DNA of 64,000 nucleotides, taken from positions 9,985 to 73,984 of the forward strand of contig URKX01000001.1 of the NCBI GenBank assembly GCA_900548545.1. Direction: 5' to 3'. The notes under the pieces were generated by a model. That model made no database searches. It was not told the DNA's origin and saw only the letters and a program-made list of their open reading frames with translations. Below are positions 10,035 through 20,250 of this stretch, piece by piece. The number at the start of each line of letters is the position of its first letter. The first letter of the stretch is position 1. Origin of the DNA: an uncultured Oscillospiraceae bacterium. GTDB taxonomy: Bacteria > Bacillota > Clostridia > Oscillospirales > Acutalibacteraceae. Position numbers and translations under genes: made by a program.

Positions 10035-11372
10035 TTACCGGCCATTTTGGCGGGCGTCGCGGACCACTTTCCGGTAGGCGGGGATCAGGAAGCAGTCAGC
10101 CAGGATCCAGGCGGCGGGGCTGGCAAAGCAGGCCATGAGGAAACCGAAGCGGGGCACCAGAAACAGGCCGAACGTGCCCCGGGCAACCATTTCAAAGACC
10201 CCGGCAAACACCGCCACCTTGCTGTAGCCCATGCCCTGGATCAGCAGGCGGAATACGTTCACCCCGGCCAGGGGGATGAAAAACGCCGCCTGGATAACGA
10301 TGAATTGATAGGCCTGGTCGATGATGAGGGTTTCGCTGCTGTCCACAAAGAGCAGGGTCAAGGGGCGGCCGAAGAGGGCCAGCACCGCCAGGGCCAGCAG
10401 GGAGTAGACGCTGCCAATGGTCATGCCGGCCCGCAGCCCGGGGAAGATCCGGTCCACCCGGCGGGCGCCGACGTTCTGGCCCCCGTAGGTGGACATGGCG
10501 GCGCCCAGGGCGTCAAAGACGCTGCCGAACAGCTGGTACAGCTTGTTTGCGGCGGTGACAGCCGCCACTACCGCGGACCCCAGCCCGTTGACGGAGGCCT
10601 GCAGCAAGATGCTGCCAATGGCGGTGATGGAAAATTGCAGCCCCATGGGCAGGCCCATGGACAGCAGCCGCCGGGCGTATTCCGGGCGGAAGTGAAGGTC
10701 GTCCCGGGTGACATGGAGAAGGGGGAACTTCTTGCAGATGAAGGCCAGGCAGGCAAGGCCGGAGATCCCCTGGGAGATCACCGTGGCCCAGGCGGCTCCC
10801 GCCACCCCCATGGGGATGACCAGGATCAAAAAGAGGTCCAGGCCGATGTTCAGCAGGGAGGAGAGCACCAAAAACACCACCGGGGTGCGGCTGTCCCCCA
10901 GGGCCCGCAAAAGGCTGGCCAGGATGTTGTACAGCACAACGGTGGGAATGCCCAAAAAGATCACCACAATGTAGTGGTAGGCGTCGTCAATGATGTCGGC
11001 GGGGGTGTCCATCCATTCCAAGATGGGGCGGCACAGGGCCACCGTCAGCAGGGTGACCAGCAGGGTAAAGCCCACCGCCAGCCACAGGATGTTCCCCACA
11101 AAGCGGCGCAGGTCCTTGTAGTCTTTGGCGCCGTAGCTTTGGGACACGGGGATGGAGAACCCGGAGCAGATCCCCAGGCAGAAGCCAAGGATCAAAAAGT
11201 TGATGGAGCCGGTGGAGCCCACGGCGGCCAGGGGCCCTGTGCCCAAAAAGCGGCCCACGATGATGGTGTCCACCATGGAGTAGAATTGCTGAAACAGGTT
11301 GCCGAACATCAGGGGCACGGCAAAGCCTAAAACCAGCTTCATAGGGGAGCCGGCGGTCATGTCTTTGGTCAT
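10035..11372 (-). CDS. MATE family efflux transporter
   Basis: 12-TM MATE-like sequence (MTKDMTAGSPMKLVLGFAVPLMFGNLFQQFYSMVDTIIVGRFLG); AAGGAGGG RBS before ATG 11372. Confidence 0.85.
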   Translation of the reverse strand: MTKDMTAGSPMKLVLGFAVPLMFGNLFQQFYSMVDTIIVGRFLGTGPLAAVGSTGSINFLILGFCLGICSGFSIPVSQSYGAKDYKDLRRFVGNILWLAVGFTLLVTLLTVALCRPILEWMDTPADIIDDAYHYIVVIFLGIPTVVLYNILASLLRALGDSRTPVVFLVLSSLLNIGLDLFLILVIPMGVAGAAWATVISQGISGLACLAFICKKFPLLHVTRDDLHFRPEYARRLLSMGLPMGLQFSITAIGSILLQASVNGLGSAVVAAVTAANKLYQLFGSVFDALGAAMSTYGGQNVGARRVDRIFPGLRAGMTIGSVYSLLALAVLALFGRPLTLLFVDSSETLIIDQAYQFIVIQAAFFIPLAGVNVFRLLIQGMGYSKVAVFAGVFEMVARGTFGLFLVPRFGFLMACFASPAAWILADCFLIPAYRKVVRDARQNGR

Positions 11373-11578
11373 GGGAACACCCTCCTTGGGAGATGGAAAA
11401 TGAGGAACGTAACGCATCTTACACCATGGCTTCCCAAAGCGCAATGGGATTTTCCCAATTTGCGGGGCATTTTAAAAATTTCAGCGTTTTTCGCAAAACC
11501 AGGGGGGCGTTCCCGCCGCTTTTTCAGAAAAGAAAACCGTGCCCCGGTTTCCCGGGACACGGTGGTTAGGCTGCTTGT

Positions 11579-12904
11579 TTATTTTTCCAGCTTGTACACG
11601 GCAGAACCGTGGGGCGGCAGCACTGCGGCCACACGGCCTTCCAGAACGCCGGCGTCCTGGCTGGCCCACAGGTCCCGGGCGGCATGGGGGCCGGAGAGCC
11701 CCAGTTCCTCCCAGCAGGCGGACACCTCCCGCTGCTGATCGCTCAAATTGAACAGCGCTACATAGGTCCCGCCGTCCCGGGTGTCCGCACTGCGCCAGGC
11801 GCAGGTTTCCCCGGTGCGGTATACCTGGTGGGCGCCCTCCCCGAACCGGTGCATTCCCAGGATCTCCCGGTTGGTGAGCAGCTTCAGGGTGAACTGGTCG
11901 TTGTCCCGCATCTCGCTGCTGATCATCAGCGGCGACCGGAAGATGCACCACAGGCTCATCATGGTGACCTGCTCTGTTTCCGTCAGCTGGGTCCAGTCGC
12001 TGACCTCCTCAAATTTCCGCTTGTTCAGCCGCAGCCGCCCCAGGGGCAGCATATCGCAGTCCGGCCAGCAGCCGGGGGACACCTGCCGCTCCCACACCTC
12101 GCAGCGCTCGAACATGGGCAGCAGCAGCTCCCAGCGGTCCCAGAAGTCATCGGTTACCCGCCACATATTGGCGTTTTGCCGCAGGTGCCAGGCCTTTTCA
12201 ATCACCGCCGGCCCCGGGGACAGGCTGAGCACCATGTCACGGCCGCAGTGGTCGATGGCCTTGCGGATCAGCTCGATCTCCTTCTCCGCGGAGTAGGGGT
12301 TGTCCGGGTAGGCGTTGGTGTTGCAGATGTCGTCCACCTTGACAAAGTCCACCCCCCAGGAGGCGTACAGCTCAAAAATGGAGTCGTAATAGGCTTGGGC
12401 GCCCTCCCGGGCGGCGTCTACCCCGTACATATCCGTGTTCCACCAGCAGATGGACCGGTTGGAAGCGATTTTGTCGCAGGTGGTGTTGGCGCCCTTCACC
12501 GGCAGGTGCTGGTGCACCGCCAGCCGGGGCACGCCCCGCATGATGTGGATGCCGAACTTCAGCCCCATGCTGTGGATCTTCTCCGCAATGGGGCCAAAGC
12601 CCTTGCCCCCCGCTGCCGAGGGGAACCGCTCCGCCGCAGGGAGCTGCCGGCCGTATTCGTCCATGGTGATCCAGGCAAAGGGCACGTAGTCCGAGGGGAC
12701 ATAGTCCAGCAGCGGCTGCTGCCCGGCGTTGGGCTCGCTCCACTGGATGTCGCACACCACGTACTCCCAGCCAAATTCCTTCAAATGGTCCGCCATATAG
12801 CGGGCGTTGCCCAACAGCTGTTCCTCGTTCACCGAGGGCCCGTAGACATCCCAGCTGTTCCACCCCATGGGCGGGGTGAGGGCCACTGCGTTTTTATCTT
12901 TCAT
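11579..12904 (-). CDS. alpha-galactosidase, GH27 family (intracellular, no signal peptide)
   Basis: TPPMGWNSWD hallmark GH27 motif near the N-terminus; GGAGG RBS before ATG 12904. Confidence 0.8.
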   Translation of the reverse strand: MKDKNAVALTPPMGWNSWDVYGPSVNEEQLLGNARYMADHLKEFGWEYVVCDIQWSEPNAGQQPLLDYVPSDYVPFAWITMDEYGRQLPAAERFPSAAGGKGFGPIAEKIHSMGLKFGIHIMRGVPRLAVHQHLPVKGANTTCDKIASNRSICWWNTDMYGVDAAREGAQAYYDSIFELYASWGVDFVKVDDICNTNAYPDNPYSAEKEIELIRKAIDHCGRDMVLSLSPGPAVIEKAWHLRQNANMWRVTDDFWDRWELLLPMFERCEVWERQVSPGCWPDCDMLPLGRLRLNKRKFEEVSDWTQLTETEQVTMMSLWCIFRSPLMISSEMRDNDQFTLKLLTNREILGMHRFGEGAHQVYRTGETCAWRSADTRDGGTYVALFNLSDQQREVSACWEELGLSGPHAARDLWASQDAGVLEGRVAAVLPPHGSAVYKLEK

Positions 12905-12953
12905 GGGAAATACCTCCAAATAATAAGAATGATCCATGGGGGAAGGCCGTGCC

Positions 12954-14024
12954 TTACACAGACTCCCGTTCCACAAGGCCCCAGCTGAGCACCGCACTCT
13001 GTTCCTCCCGGCCCTCCATCATGCCGATGAGCTTCCGGGCGGCGCAGGCCCCCAGGCTCTCTTTGGGGTGGTCGAAGGAAGTCAGCCCCACGCTGGCAAG
13101 CTCCCCCAGCTGGCTGTTGTCAAAGCTGATCAGGGCCACGTCCTGGGGCACCCGGATCCCCCGGGAGAGCAGGGCCTTTTCCAGTTTCACCGCCACCTCG
13201 TCGTTGTAGCACACCACGGCGGTGCAGGAGGACAGCTGGTCCAGCACCAGGGAGATGCCGTATTGGTCGGTGAGCAGCGTGTCCCGGCTTTCCGAGGTGA
13301 ACCACACCACCCACTGGTCCTGGAGGGGCAGCCCGTGGGCAAGCAGGCCCCGGGTGTAGCCGTCGTACCGGCCCAGGCCCTGCATATCATCGCCTTTAAA
13401 GATGCCGCCGATCTTCCAGTGGCCCCGGGCCGCCAGGTACTCCACGGCCTCAAAGCCCCCTTGCCGGTCGTCCATGGTCACGGATACGCTTCCCGGCAGG
13501 GCAGGGTAATACCCGTTGAAAAACACCACCGGGATGTCCATTTCCCGCAGCTTTTCATACAGGGGCAAATTGGGGTTGGGCAGGGCGCTTTTGGTGCCTT
13601 CCACAATGAGGCCGTCCACTTTTTTGCTGAGGTACTCCTCCAACAGGCGGCGTTCGTTGTCCACCCGGTTCTTGGTGGCGGAAAGCAGGGGGAAGAACCC
13701 CTCCTCGGAAAGTTCCCCTTCAATGCCCCGGAGGATGGAGGGGAAGATGTACTCGCTGATGTAAGTTGCGATCACGCCCACGTTCCAGCTGCGTTTGGGC
13801 CGCGGCACAGGCCGGTGGACGTAGGTGCCGCTGCCCTGCCGCCGCTGGATCAGGTGCTCCTGCTCCAGCAGGGCCAGGGCTTGGCGGACCGTTTGGCGGC
13901 TCATGGAGAATTCCTGGGCCATTTCGTTTTCCCCGGGAAGGCGCTGGCCGTTTTGGTAGACCCCTTGGAAAATATCTTTTTTCAGCTGTTCAAACAGCTG
14001 GTAATACTTAGCCTTTTCTTTCAT
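12954..14024 (-). CDS. AraR-type transcriptional regulator (GntR-family wHTH N-terminus fused to a LacI/PBP-like sugar-binding domain)
   Basis: N-terminal YQLFEQLKKDIFQG...EMAQEFSMSRQTVRQAL GntR HTH, C-terminal periplasmic-binding-like domain; located immediately upstream of the alpha-galactosidase. Confidence 0.75.
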   Translation of the reverse strand: MKEKAKYYQLFEQLKKDIFQGVYQNGQRLPGENEMAQEFSMSRQTVRQALALLEQEHLIQRRQGSGTYVHRPVPRPKRSWNVGVIATYISEYIFPSILRGIEGELSEEGFFPLLSATKNRVDNERRLLEEYLSKKVDGLIVEGTKSALPNPNLPLYEKLREMDIPVVFFNGYYPALPGSVSVTMDDRQGGFEAVEYLAARGHWKIGGIFKGDDMQGLGRYDGYTRGLLAHGLPLQDQWVVWFTSESRDTLLTDQYGISLVLDQLSSCTAVVCYNDEVAVKLEKALLSRGIRVPQDVALISFDNSQLGELASVGLTSFDHPKESLGACAARKLIGMMEGREEQSAVLSWGLVERESV

Positions 14025-14106
14025 GGACGATCCTCTCCTCTCAGAAGCGGAGAACCCCCGCTCCCTTTGGCGGGAATTGACGGTATTCTTTCCAAATTGC
14101 ATTTAC

Positions 14107-14135
14107 ATTTTAAGAAAGATTTATAAAAATGTCAA
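14107..14135 (-). promoter_or_regulatory. sigma-A type promoter for the araR-like/alpha-galactosidase unit
   Basis: minus-strand TTGACA, 17 nt spacer, TAAAAT about 80 nt upstream of the regulator start. Confidence 0.5.
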
Positions 14136-14185
14136 GGCGAATGAGGGCAGGCGGCGCCAGGATTTCCTGTGAAAAATTGGATAGT

Positions 14186-14617
14186 TTAACGAACGGCCCC
14201 TTCCCACAGGGTTTCCAAGATCTTTTGGTGGAAGCCCGGGCAGGCTTTTTTCAGGGAAACCGGCCGCCCGCTGGGGCCGATGAAGCAGTGCTGGGTGCGG
14301 CCCGCGCAGCGGAGCGCCCCCGTGGCCTTGTCCCGCACTTGGTAGGAAAAGGCGATCCGGGTGCCGGTGTAGTCCTCAATGGCGGTTTCGATCTCCACCG
14401 TTTCCCCAAAGCGGGTCATGGAGCGGTATTCCGCCTGGACGTTCAGCACCGGGCTCATTACCCCCAGGGCCTCCATCTGGGCGTAGCCAAAGCCAAAACA
14501 GTCCATCAGGAAGGTGCGGGCCTCTTCAAACCAGCAGATGTAGTTGGAGTGATGGACACAGTCCATTTTGTCGGTTTCATAGTAATGCACAGTGTGGGTG
14601 TAGAACACAGGCTCCAT
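14186..14617 (-). CDS. acyl-CoA thioesterase, YbgC/4HBT hotdog family
   Basis: MEPVFYTHTVHYYETDKMDCVHHSNYICWFEEART... hotdog thioesterase signature; the internal ATG with RBS was chosen over the longer ORF-track start. Confidence 0.75.
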   Translation of the reverse strand: MEPVFYTHTVHYYETDKMDCVHHSNYICWFEEARTFLMDCFGFGYAQMEALGVMSPVLNVQAEYRSMTRFGETVEIETAIEDYTGTRIAFSYQVRDKATGALRCAGRTQHCFIGPSGRPVSLKKACPGFHQKILETLWEGAVR

Positions 14618-14952
14618 AAAATGGTCTTCCCTTCGGTGTTTTTGTCCATTATAGCACAGCCGGGGAAAAACGGAAGCCGCTGGGGAAGATTTCCCCGCCA
14701 GGCGGGTTTTTCCAAAGGTTTGGGATGGGATGAATGTTGATTTTTTTGACGAAAAATGATAGTATGATTTTATACAGCCCCTCAAGAATCGGATCGCGAT
14801 ACAAAGATAAGAAAAGTTCTTAAAAATTGAAAGGGATTTTAGAAGTTTCTAGGATTTTTGATAAAGGCGCCCCAGAAAGGGCAGGGAATAGCCCCTTTTT
14901 GGCCGGGAAAAATCCCTTTGTTCCCCCAGACGGAAAGGATGAGCGAACACAT

Positions 14953-17877
14953 ATGAAAATTGGCTTGGACGTAGGCTCTACCACCCTGAAGTGCATGGTT
15001 TACGACCGGCACGGCCGGCCGGTGTATCAGGAGTACGAGCGGCACTATTCCCAAATCGCTGAAAAAGCTTCGGGGATGCTTGCCCGCATCCAGGAGAAGT
15101 TCCCCCAGGAAAAACGGGCCAGCCTGTGCGTGTCGGGTTCGGCGGGCATGGGCCTGGCGGAAGATCTGGACATCCCCTTTGTCCAGGAGGTGTACGCCAC
15201 CCGGACAGCCGTGAAGAAGTACATACCCGACGCCGATGTGGTCATCGAGCTGGGCGGCGAGGACGCCAAGATCCTGTTCCTCACCGGCTCTATGGAAGTG
15301 CGGATGAACGGCTCCTGCGCCGGCGGCACCGGGGCCTTCATCGACCAGATGGCCACCCTGCTGTCCATTACCCCTACCGAATTAAACGACATTGCCGGGC
15401 AGAGCCAGCGGTCTTACAGCATCGCCTCCCGGTGCGGCGTGTTTGCCAAGAGCGATATCCAGGCCCTTTTGAACCAGGGCGCCCAAAAGGATGACATTGC
15501 CGCCAGCATCCTCACCGCCGTGGTGAACCAGACCATCGCCGGCCTGGCCCAGGGCCGGGAGATCGAGGGCAAGGTGGTGTACCTGGGCGGCCCGCTGACC
15601 TTCTTCTCCCAGCTGCGGGCCGCCTTTGACCGGATCTTGGGCGTGGAGGGCGTGTGCCCGGAAAACTCCCTGTACTATGTGGCCGCGGGCGCGGCCCTGG
15701 CCGGCACTGGGGAGGAGTTCGGCTTGGCTGAGATCACCCAGCGCATTGCCAACTACAGCTCCAGCCACCATTACCAGAGCAGCGCGGCCCTGTTCTACGA
15801 CCAGGAGGAGTACCAGGAGTTTGTGGAGCGCCACCAGAAGGATTCCATCCCCACCGACGCCCCCTTGGGGGAGGACAAGGCAGCCTACGTGGGCATCGAC
15901 GCCGGCTCCACCACCGTGAAGGCCGTGGCCATCAACTCCCAGGAGGAGATCATCTACTCCCGGTATTTGCCCAACTCCGGCAACCCGGTGCCCCTGGCCC
16001 GGGATTTCCTCACGGACCTGTACGAGAAGTTCCCCGGCATCCAGATCCGCTCCTCCGCCTCCACCGGCTACGGCGAGGAGATCATCAAAAACGCCTTTGG
16101 CCTGGATATGGGCGTGGTGGAAACCATTGCCCACTTCACCGCTGCCAAGAAGTTCGAGCCCCAGGTGGACTTCATCATCGACATCGGCGGCCAGGACATC
16201 AAGTGCTTTAAAATCAAAAACGGCACCATCGACAACATCTTCTTGAACGAGGCTTGTTCCTCCGGCTGCGGCAGCTTTTTGCAGACCTTCGCCGGGGCTT
16301 TGGGCTACCAGATGGCGGACTTCGCCAAGCTGGGCCTCTTTGCCGACAGCCCCGTGGACCTGGGTTCCCGGTGCACCGTGTTTATGAATTCCTCTGTCAA
16401 GCAGGCCCAGAAGGACGGCGCCTCCATCGAGAACATTTCCGCGGGCCTGTCCATGAGCGTGGTGAAAAACGCCCTGTACAAGGTCATCCGCGTCACCGAC
16501 GCCAAAAGCCTGGGGGACCATATTGTGGTCCAGGGCGGCACTTTCTTGAACGACGCGGTGCTGCGGGCCTTTGAGAAGGAGATCGGCAAGAACGTGACCC
16601 GGCCTTCCGTGTCCGGCCTGATGGGCGCCTATGGCGCCGCCCTGTACGCCAAGGAAAAAGGCCGGGGGGAGAGCTCCATCATCGGGCTGGAAGGGCTGAA
16701 AAACTTCACCCACGAGGTGAAGGCCATCACCTGCAACGGCTGCGAGAACCACTGCCGCCTGACGGTGAACACCTTCGCAAACGGCGCCCGGTACATCGCC
16801 GGCAACCGCTGCGACAAGCCCTTGAAAAAGAGCGCTCCCACTGCCCAGTACAACTTGTACGACTACAAGAAGCAGCTTCTGGAATCCTACCAGCCCTGCG
16901 AAGGCCCCCGGGGCACCATCGGCATCCCCATGGGCCTGAATATGTTCGAGCTGTACCCCTTCTGGTACACCTTCTTCCGGAAGCTGGGCTTTGGAGTGGT
17001 CCATTCCCCGGCCTCCGACCGGAAACTGTACTTTAAGGGCCAACACACCATCCCCTCGGATACGGTGTGCTACCCCGCCAAGCTGATGCACGGCCACATT
17101 GAGGCCCTGTTGGAGAGGAAGCCCGACGCCATCTTCTACCCCTGCATGAGCTACAACCTGGATGAGCACCTGGGCGACAACCATTACAACTGCCCGGTGG
17201 TGGCCTATTACCCCGAGGTGTTGGACGCCAACATCACCGCCTTGGAGGACACCACCTTTATCTACGACTACGTGGGCCTGCACCGGCGGAAGGACTTCCC
17301 CGGGAAGATGACCAACATCCTGGCCCGTTACTTTGACCCCATCCCGGAGAAGGAAGTGAAAGCCGCTTCCGACGCCGCCTATGAGGAATATTACGCCCAC
17401 ATGGAGCGTATCCACAAAAAGGGGCAGGAGTACCTGGCCCTGGCCAAGGAAAAGGACTTGCCGGTGATCGTGCTGTCCGGCCGTCCCTACCATCTGGACC
17501 CGGAGATCAACCACGGTATTGACAAGCTGATCTGCGAGTGCGGCGCCGTGGTGGTGACCGAGGACTCCGTCAGCGAGCTGGAACACAAATTCCCCACCCA
17601 TGTGCTGAACCAGTGGACTTACCACGCCCGGCTGTACGCCGCCGCCAAATTTGTGGCGGACTCCGGCGACAAGCGGATCAACCTGGTGCAGATGGTGTCC
17701 TTCGGCTGCGGCGTGGACGCCATCACCGGCGACGAGGTCCGCTCCATTCTGGAGGAGGGCGACCGGATCTACACCCAGATCAAGATCGACGAGATCACCA
17801 ACCTGGGCGCGGTGCGCATCCGTTTGCGCAGCCTTTTTGCCGCCCTGGGCTTGGGCAGCGAGGCAACGCCCAACTGA
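14953..17877 (+). CDS. CoA-substrate-specific enzyme activase with two BadF/BadG/BcrA/BcrD-type ATPase domains and a C-terminal extension (2-hydroxyacyl-CoA dehydratase activase-like)
   Basis: two repeats of MKIGLDVGSTTLK / YVGIDAGSTTVKAV acetate/sugar kinase-fold ATPase N-termini; about 975 aa as in clostridial fused activases. Confidence 0.8.
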   Translation: MKIGLDVGSTTLKCMVYDRHGRPVYQEYERHYSQIAEKASGMLARIQEKFPQEKRASLCVSGSAGMGLAEDLDIPFVQEVYATRTAVKKYIPDADVVIELGGEDAKILFLTGSMEVRMNGSCAGGTGAFIDQMATLLSITPTELNDIAGQSQRSYSIASRCGVFAKSDIQALLNQGAQKDDIAASILTAVVNQTIAGLAQGREIEGKVVYLGGPLTFFSQLRAAFDRILGVEGVCPENSLYYVAAGAALAGTGEEFGLAEITQRIANYSSSHHYQSSAALFYDQEEYQEFVERHQKDSIPTDAPLGEDKAAYVGIDAGSTTVKAVAINSQEEIIYSRYLPNSGNPVPLARDFLTDLYEKFPGIQIRSSASTGYGEEIIKNAFGLDMGVVETIAHFTAAKKFEPQVDFIIDIGGQDIKCFKIKNGTIDNIFLNEACSSGCGSFLQTFAGALGYQMADFAKLGLFADSPVDLGSRCTVFMNSSVKQAQKDGASIENISAGLSMSVVKNALYKVIRVTDAKSLGDHIVVQGGTFLNDAVLRAFEKEIGKNVTRPSVSGLMGAYGAALYAKEKGRGESSIIGLEGLKNFTHEVKAITCNGCENHCRLTVNTFANGARYIAGNRCDKPLKKSAPTAQYNLYDYKKQLLESYQPCEGPRGTIGIPMGLNMFELYPFWYTFFRKLGFGVVHSPASDRKLYFKGQHTIPSDTVCYPAKLMHGHIEALLERKPDAIFYPCMSYNLDEHLGDNHYNCPVVAYYPEVLDANITALEDTTFIYDYVGLHRRKDFPGKMTNILARYFDPIPEKEVKAASDAAYEEYYAHMERIHKKGQEYLALAKEKDLPVIVLSGRPYHLDPEINHGIDKLICECGAVVVTEDSVSELEHKFPTHVLNQWTYHARLYAAAKFVADSGDKRINLVQMVSFGCGVDAITGDEVRSILEEGDRIYTQIKIDEITNLGAVRIRLRSLFAALGLGSEATPN

Positions 17878-17900
17878 GCCGCAGAAAGGAGACTCTCCCT

Positions 17901-19208
17901 ATGTCAGACAACCAGAACCGGGTGGAATTTACCCGGGAAATGAAAAAAGATTACACTATCCTCACGCCCAATATGGCGCCCATCCACTTTGAGCTGGTGA
18001 AAAACGTGCTGGAGAGCTTTGGGTTCCACGTGGAGCTGCTGCGCACCACCGGCCGGGAGATCGTGGACGAGGGCCTGAAATATGTCCATAACGACACTTG
18101 CTATCCGGCGCTGCTCTCCATTGGGCAGCTGATGCACGCCCTGCACAGCGGCAAGTACGACCTGCACAAGGTGGCCCTCATCATGACCCAGACCGGCGGC
18201 GGGTGCCGGGCCTCCAACTACATCCACCTGCTGCGGAAGGCCCTGAAAAAGGACGGCCTGGAGTTTATCCCCGTGATCTCCGTGAACTTGTCGGGGTTGG
18301 AGTCCAACCCCGGGTTCAAGATCACCTTGCCCATGATCCGCCGGGCCATTGCCGCCCTGACCTACGGCGACCTGTTGATGCTTCTCAAAAACCAGACCAA
18401 GCCCTACGAGGCCACCCCCGGGGAGAGCGACGCCCTGGTGGACAGCTGGATCCGGAAGCTCACCAAACTGTTTGAGGAGGGCAAGGCCTTCTCCCAGCGG
18501 GAAGTGCGGGAATATTTCGACCAGATCGCCCAGTCCTTTGCGGACATCCAGCGCCGGGACGCGGAGAAGATCAAAGTGGGCGTGGTGGGCGAGATCTATG
18601 TGAAATACTCCCCTCTGGCCAACAACGGCCTGGAGCAGTTCCTGTTTGAGCAGGGCTGCGAGGTGATGGTGCCGGGCATCCTGGCCTTTATGATCTTCAA
18701 GGTGGATAACCGGCTGGAGGACATCCAGCTTTACGGCGGGAGCCAGGCCAAGCGCCAGGTGTGCACCTTGCTGAAATGGTATTTCACCAAATATGAGACC
18801 GACCTGATCGCCGCCGTGAAGAAGTTCCCCCAGTTCACCGCGCCTTCCCCCTATTCCCACTTGAAAGCCCTGGCCGGGAAGGTTATCGGCTACGGCTGTA
18901 AAATGGGCGAGGGGTGGCTGCTCACCGCCGAAGCCATGGAGCTGGTGGAAAGCGGTTATGGCAACGTGGTGTGCGCCCAGCCCTTCGGCTGCCTGCCCAA
19001 CCACATTGTGGGCAAGGGCATGATCCGCAAGGTGAAGCGGCTCTATCCCCAGGCCAATATTGTCCCCATCGACTATGACCCTTCGGCTACCCAGGTGAAC
19101 CAGGAAAACCGCATCAAGCTGATGCTGGCTGTGGCCAAAGAGCAGCAGCGGGACCGGGAAGAAGCGGCTCAGGCTGGTTCCTCAGCCCCGGCGCCGGCCA
19201 AGGCGTAA
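17901..19208 (+). CDS. 2-hydroxyglutaryl-CoA dehydratase D-component-like protein (DUF2229-like, YjiM-like)
   Basis: follows the activase with a 23-nt gap; AAAGGAGA RBS; family partner of BadF-type activases. Confidence 0.75.
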   Translation: MSDNQNRVEFTREMKKDYTILTPNMAPIHFELVKNVLESFGFHVELLRTTGREIVDEGLKYVHNDTCYPALLSIGQLMHALHSGKYDLHKVALIMTQTGGGCRASNYIHLLRKALKKDGLEFIPVISVNLSGLESNPGFKITLPMIRRAIAALTYGDLLMLLKNQTKPYEATPGESDALVDSWIRKLTKLFEEGKAFSQREVREYFDQIAQSFADIQRRDAEKIKVGVVGEIYVKYSPLANNGLEQFLFEQGCEVMVPGILAFMIFKVDNRLEDIQLYGGSQAKRQVCTLLKWYFTKYETDLIAAVKKFPQFTAPSPYSHLKALAGKVIGYGCKMGEGWLLTAEAMELVESGYGNVVCAQPFGCLPNHIVGKGMIRKVKRLYPQANIVPIDYDPSATQVNQENRIKLMLAVAKEQQRDREEAAQAGSSAPAPAKA

Positions 19209-19324
19209 GGCCAGCCGGCAGGAAAGAGCCCCAGCAGGGGCGCCCCTGCGCCGGACGCCGGCAGCGGGGGGAGAAACTATCTTTTGGGAAGCCCCCTTTG
19301 GGGGAAAAGGAGAGGAAGTCAGAA

Positions 19325-20185
19325 ATGGCACAGCGGAAAGTGATTTTAAGCGCCGACAGCACCTGCGATTTGGGCGAGGAGCTGAAGGCACGGTACGACG
19401 TACAGTATTACCCTTTCCACATCATTCTGGAAGGGAAACAGTACCAGGACAACGTGGACATCCATGTCCAGGAAATCTACCAAGCCTATTACGACCGGAA
19501 GGCCCTGCCCGCCACGGCGGCCATCAATGTGGCAGAGTATGTGGAGTATTTCAAGCCCTGGGTGGACCAGGGGTACGATGTGATCCACTTCTGTTTGGGT
19601 GGGGCGCTTTCCAGTTCCTACCGCAACAGCGTGTTGGCTGCCCGGGAGCTGGGGGGCCATGTGTTCCCCATTGACAGCTGCAACCTGTCCACCGGCATTG
19701 CCCTGCAGATCATCGAGGCTGGGGAGCGCATCCAAGCCGGGATGCCCGCGGCGGAGATCGCGAAGGCTATGGAGGGGATCATCCCCCACTGCCACGCGAG
19801 CTTCATCCTGGACACCCTGGAGTTTATGAAGGCCGGCGGCCGGTGCTCCGCGGTGGTGGCTTTTGGCGCCAATTTGCTGTCTTTAAAGCCCTGCATCGAG
19901 GTGGACAACGCCGACGGTTCCATGCACGTGGGGAAAAAATACCGGGGCACCCTGAAAAAAGTGCTTCCCCAGTATGTGAAGGACAAGCTTTCCCAGTACC
20001 CCCGCATCAAGCGGGACCACCTGTTTATCACCTATTCCACCATCGACCCCTCTTATGTGGAGCTGGTGCGCAAAGCCGTGGAGCAGGAAATGGACTTCCG
20101 GGAGATCCATGTGACCACCGCCAGCTGCACCATCGCCAGCCACTGCGGGCCCAACACCCTGGGCATCCTGTTTGAAACGGAATAA
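19325..20185 (+). CDS. DegV family fatty-acid-binding protein
   Basis: KVILSADSTCDLGEELKARYDVQYYPFHIILEGKQYQD DegV N-terminal pattern; AAAGGAGAGGAAG RBS. Confidence 0.85.
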   Translation: MAQRKVILSADSTCDLGEELKARYDVQYYPFHIILEGKQYQDNVDIHVQEIYQAYYDRKALPATAAINVAEYVEYFKPWVDQGYDVIHFCLGGALSSSYRNSVLAARELGGHVFPIDSCNLSTGIALQIIEAGERIQAGMPAAEIAKAMEGIIPHCHASFILDTLEFMKAGGRCSAVVAFGANLLSLKPCIEVDNADGSMHVGKKYRGTLKKVLPQYVKDKLSQYPRIKRDHLFITYSTIDPSYVELVRKAVEQEMDFREIHVTTASCTIASHCGPNTLGILFETE

Positions 20186-20196
20186 TCCCATGAAAA

Positions 20197-20236
20197 ACCG
20201 CCCTCCCTTTTTGGGAGAGCGGTCCTTTTTTGAATT
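20197..20236. terminator. bidirectional terminator between convergent degV and glucokinase genes
   Basis: AAAAACCGCCCTCCC-TTTTT-GGGAGAGCGGTCCTTTTTTT hairpin flanked by A and T runs. Confidence 0.6.
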
Positions 20237-20250
20237 TGGAAAAAATAAAG

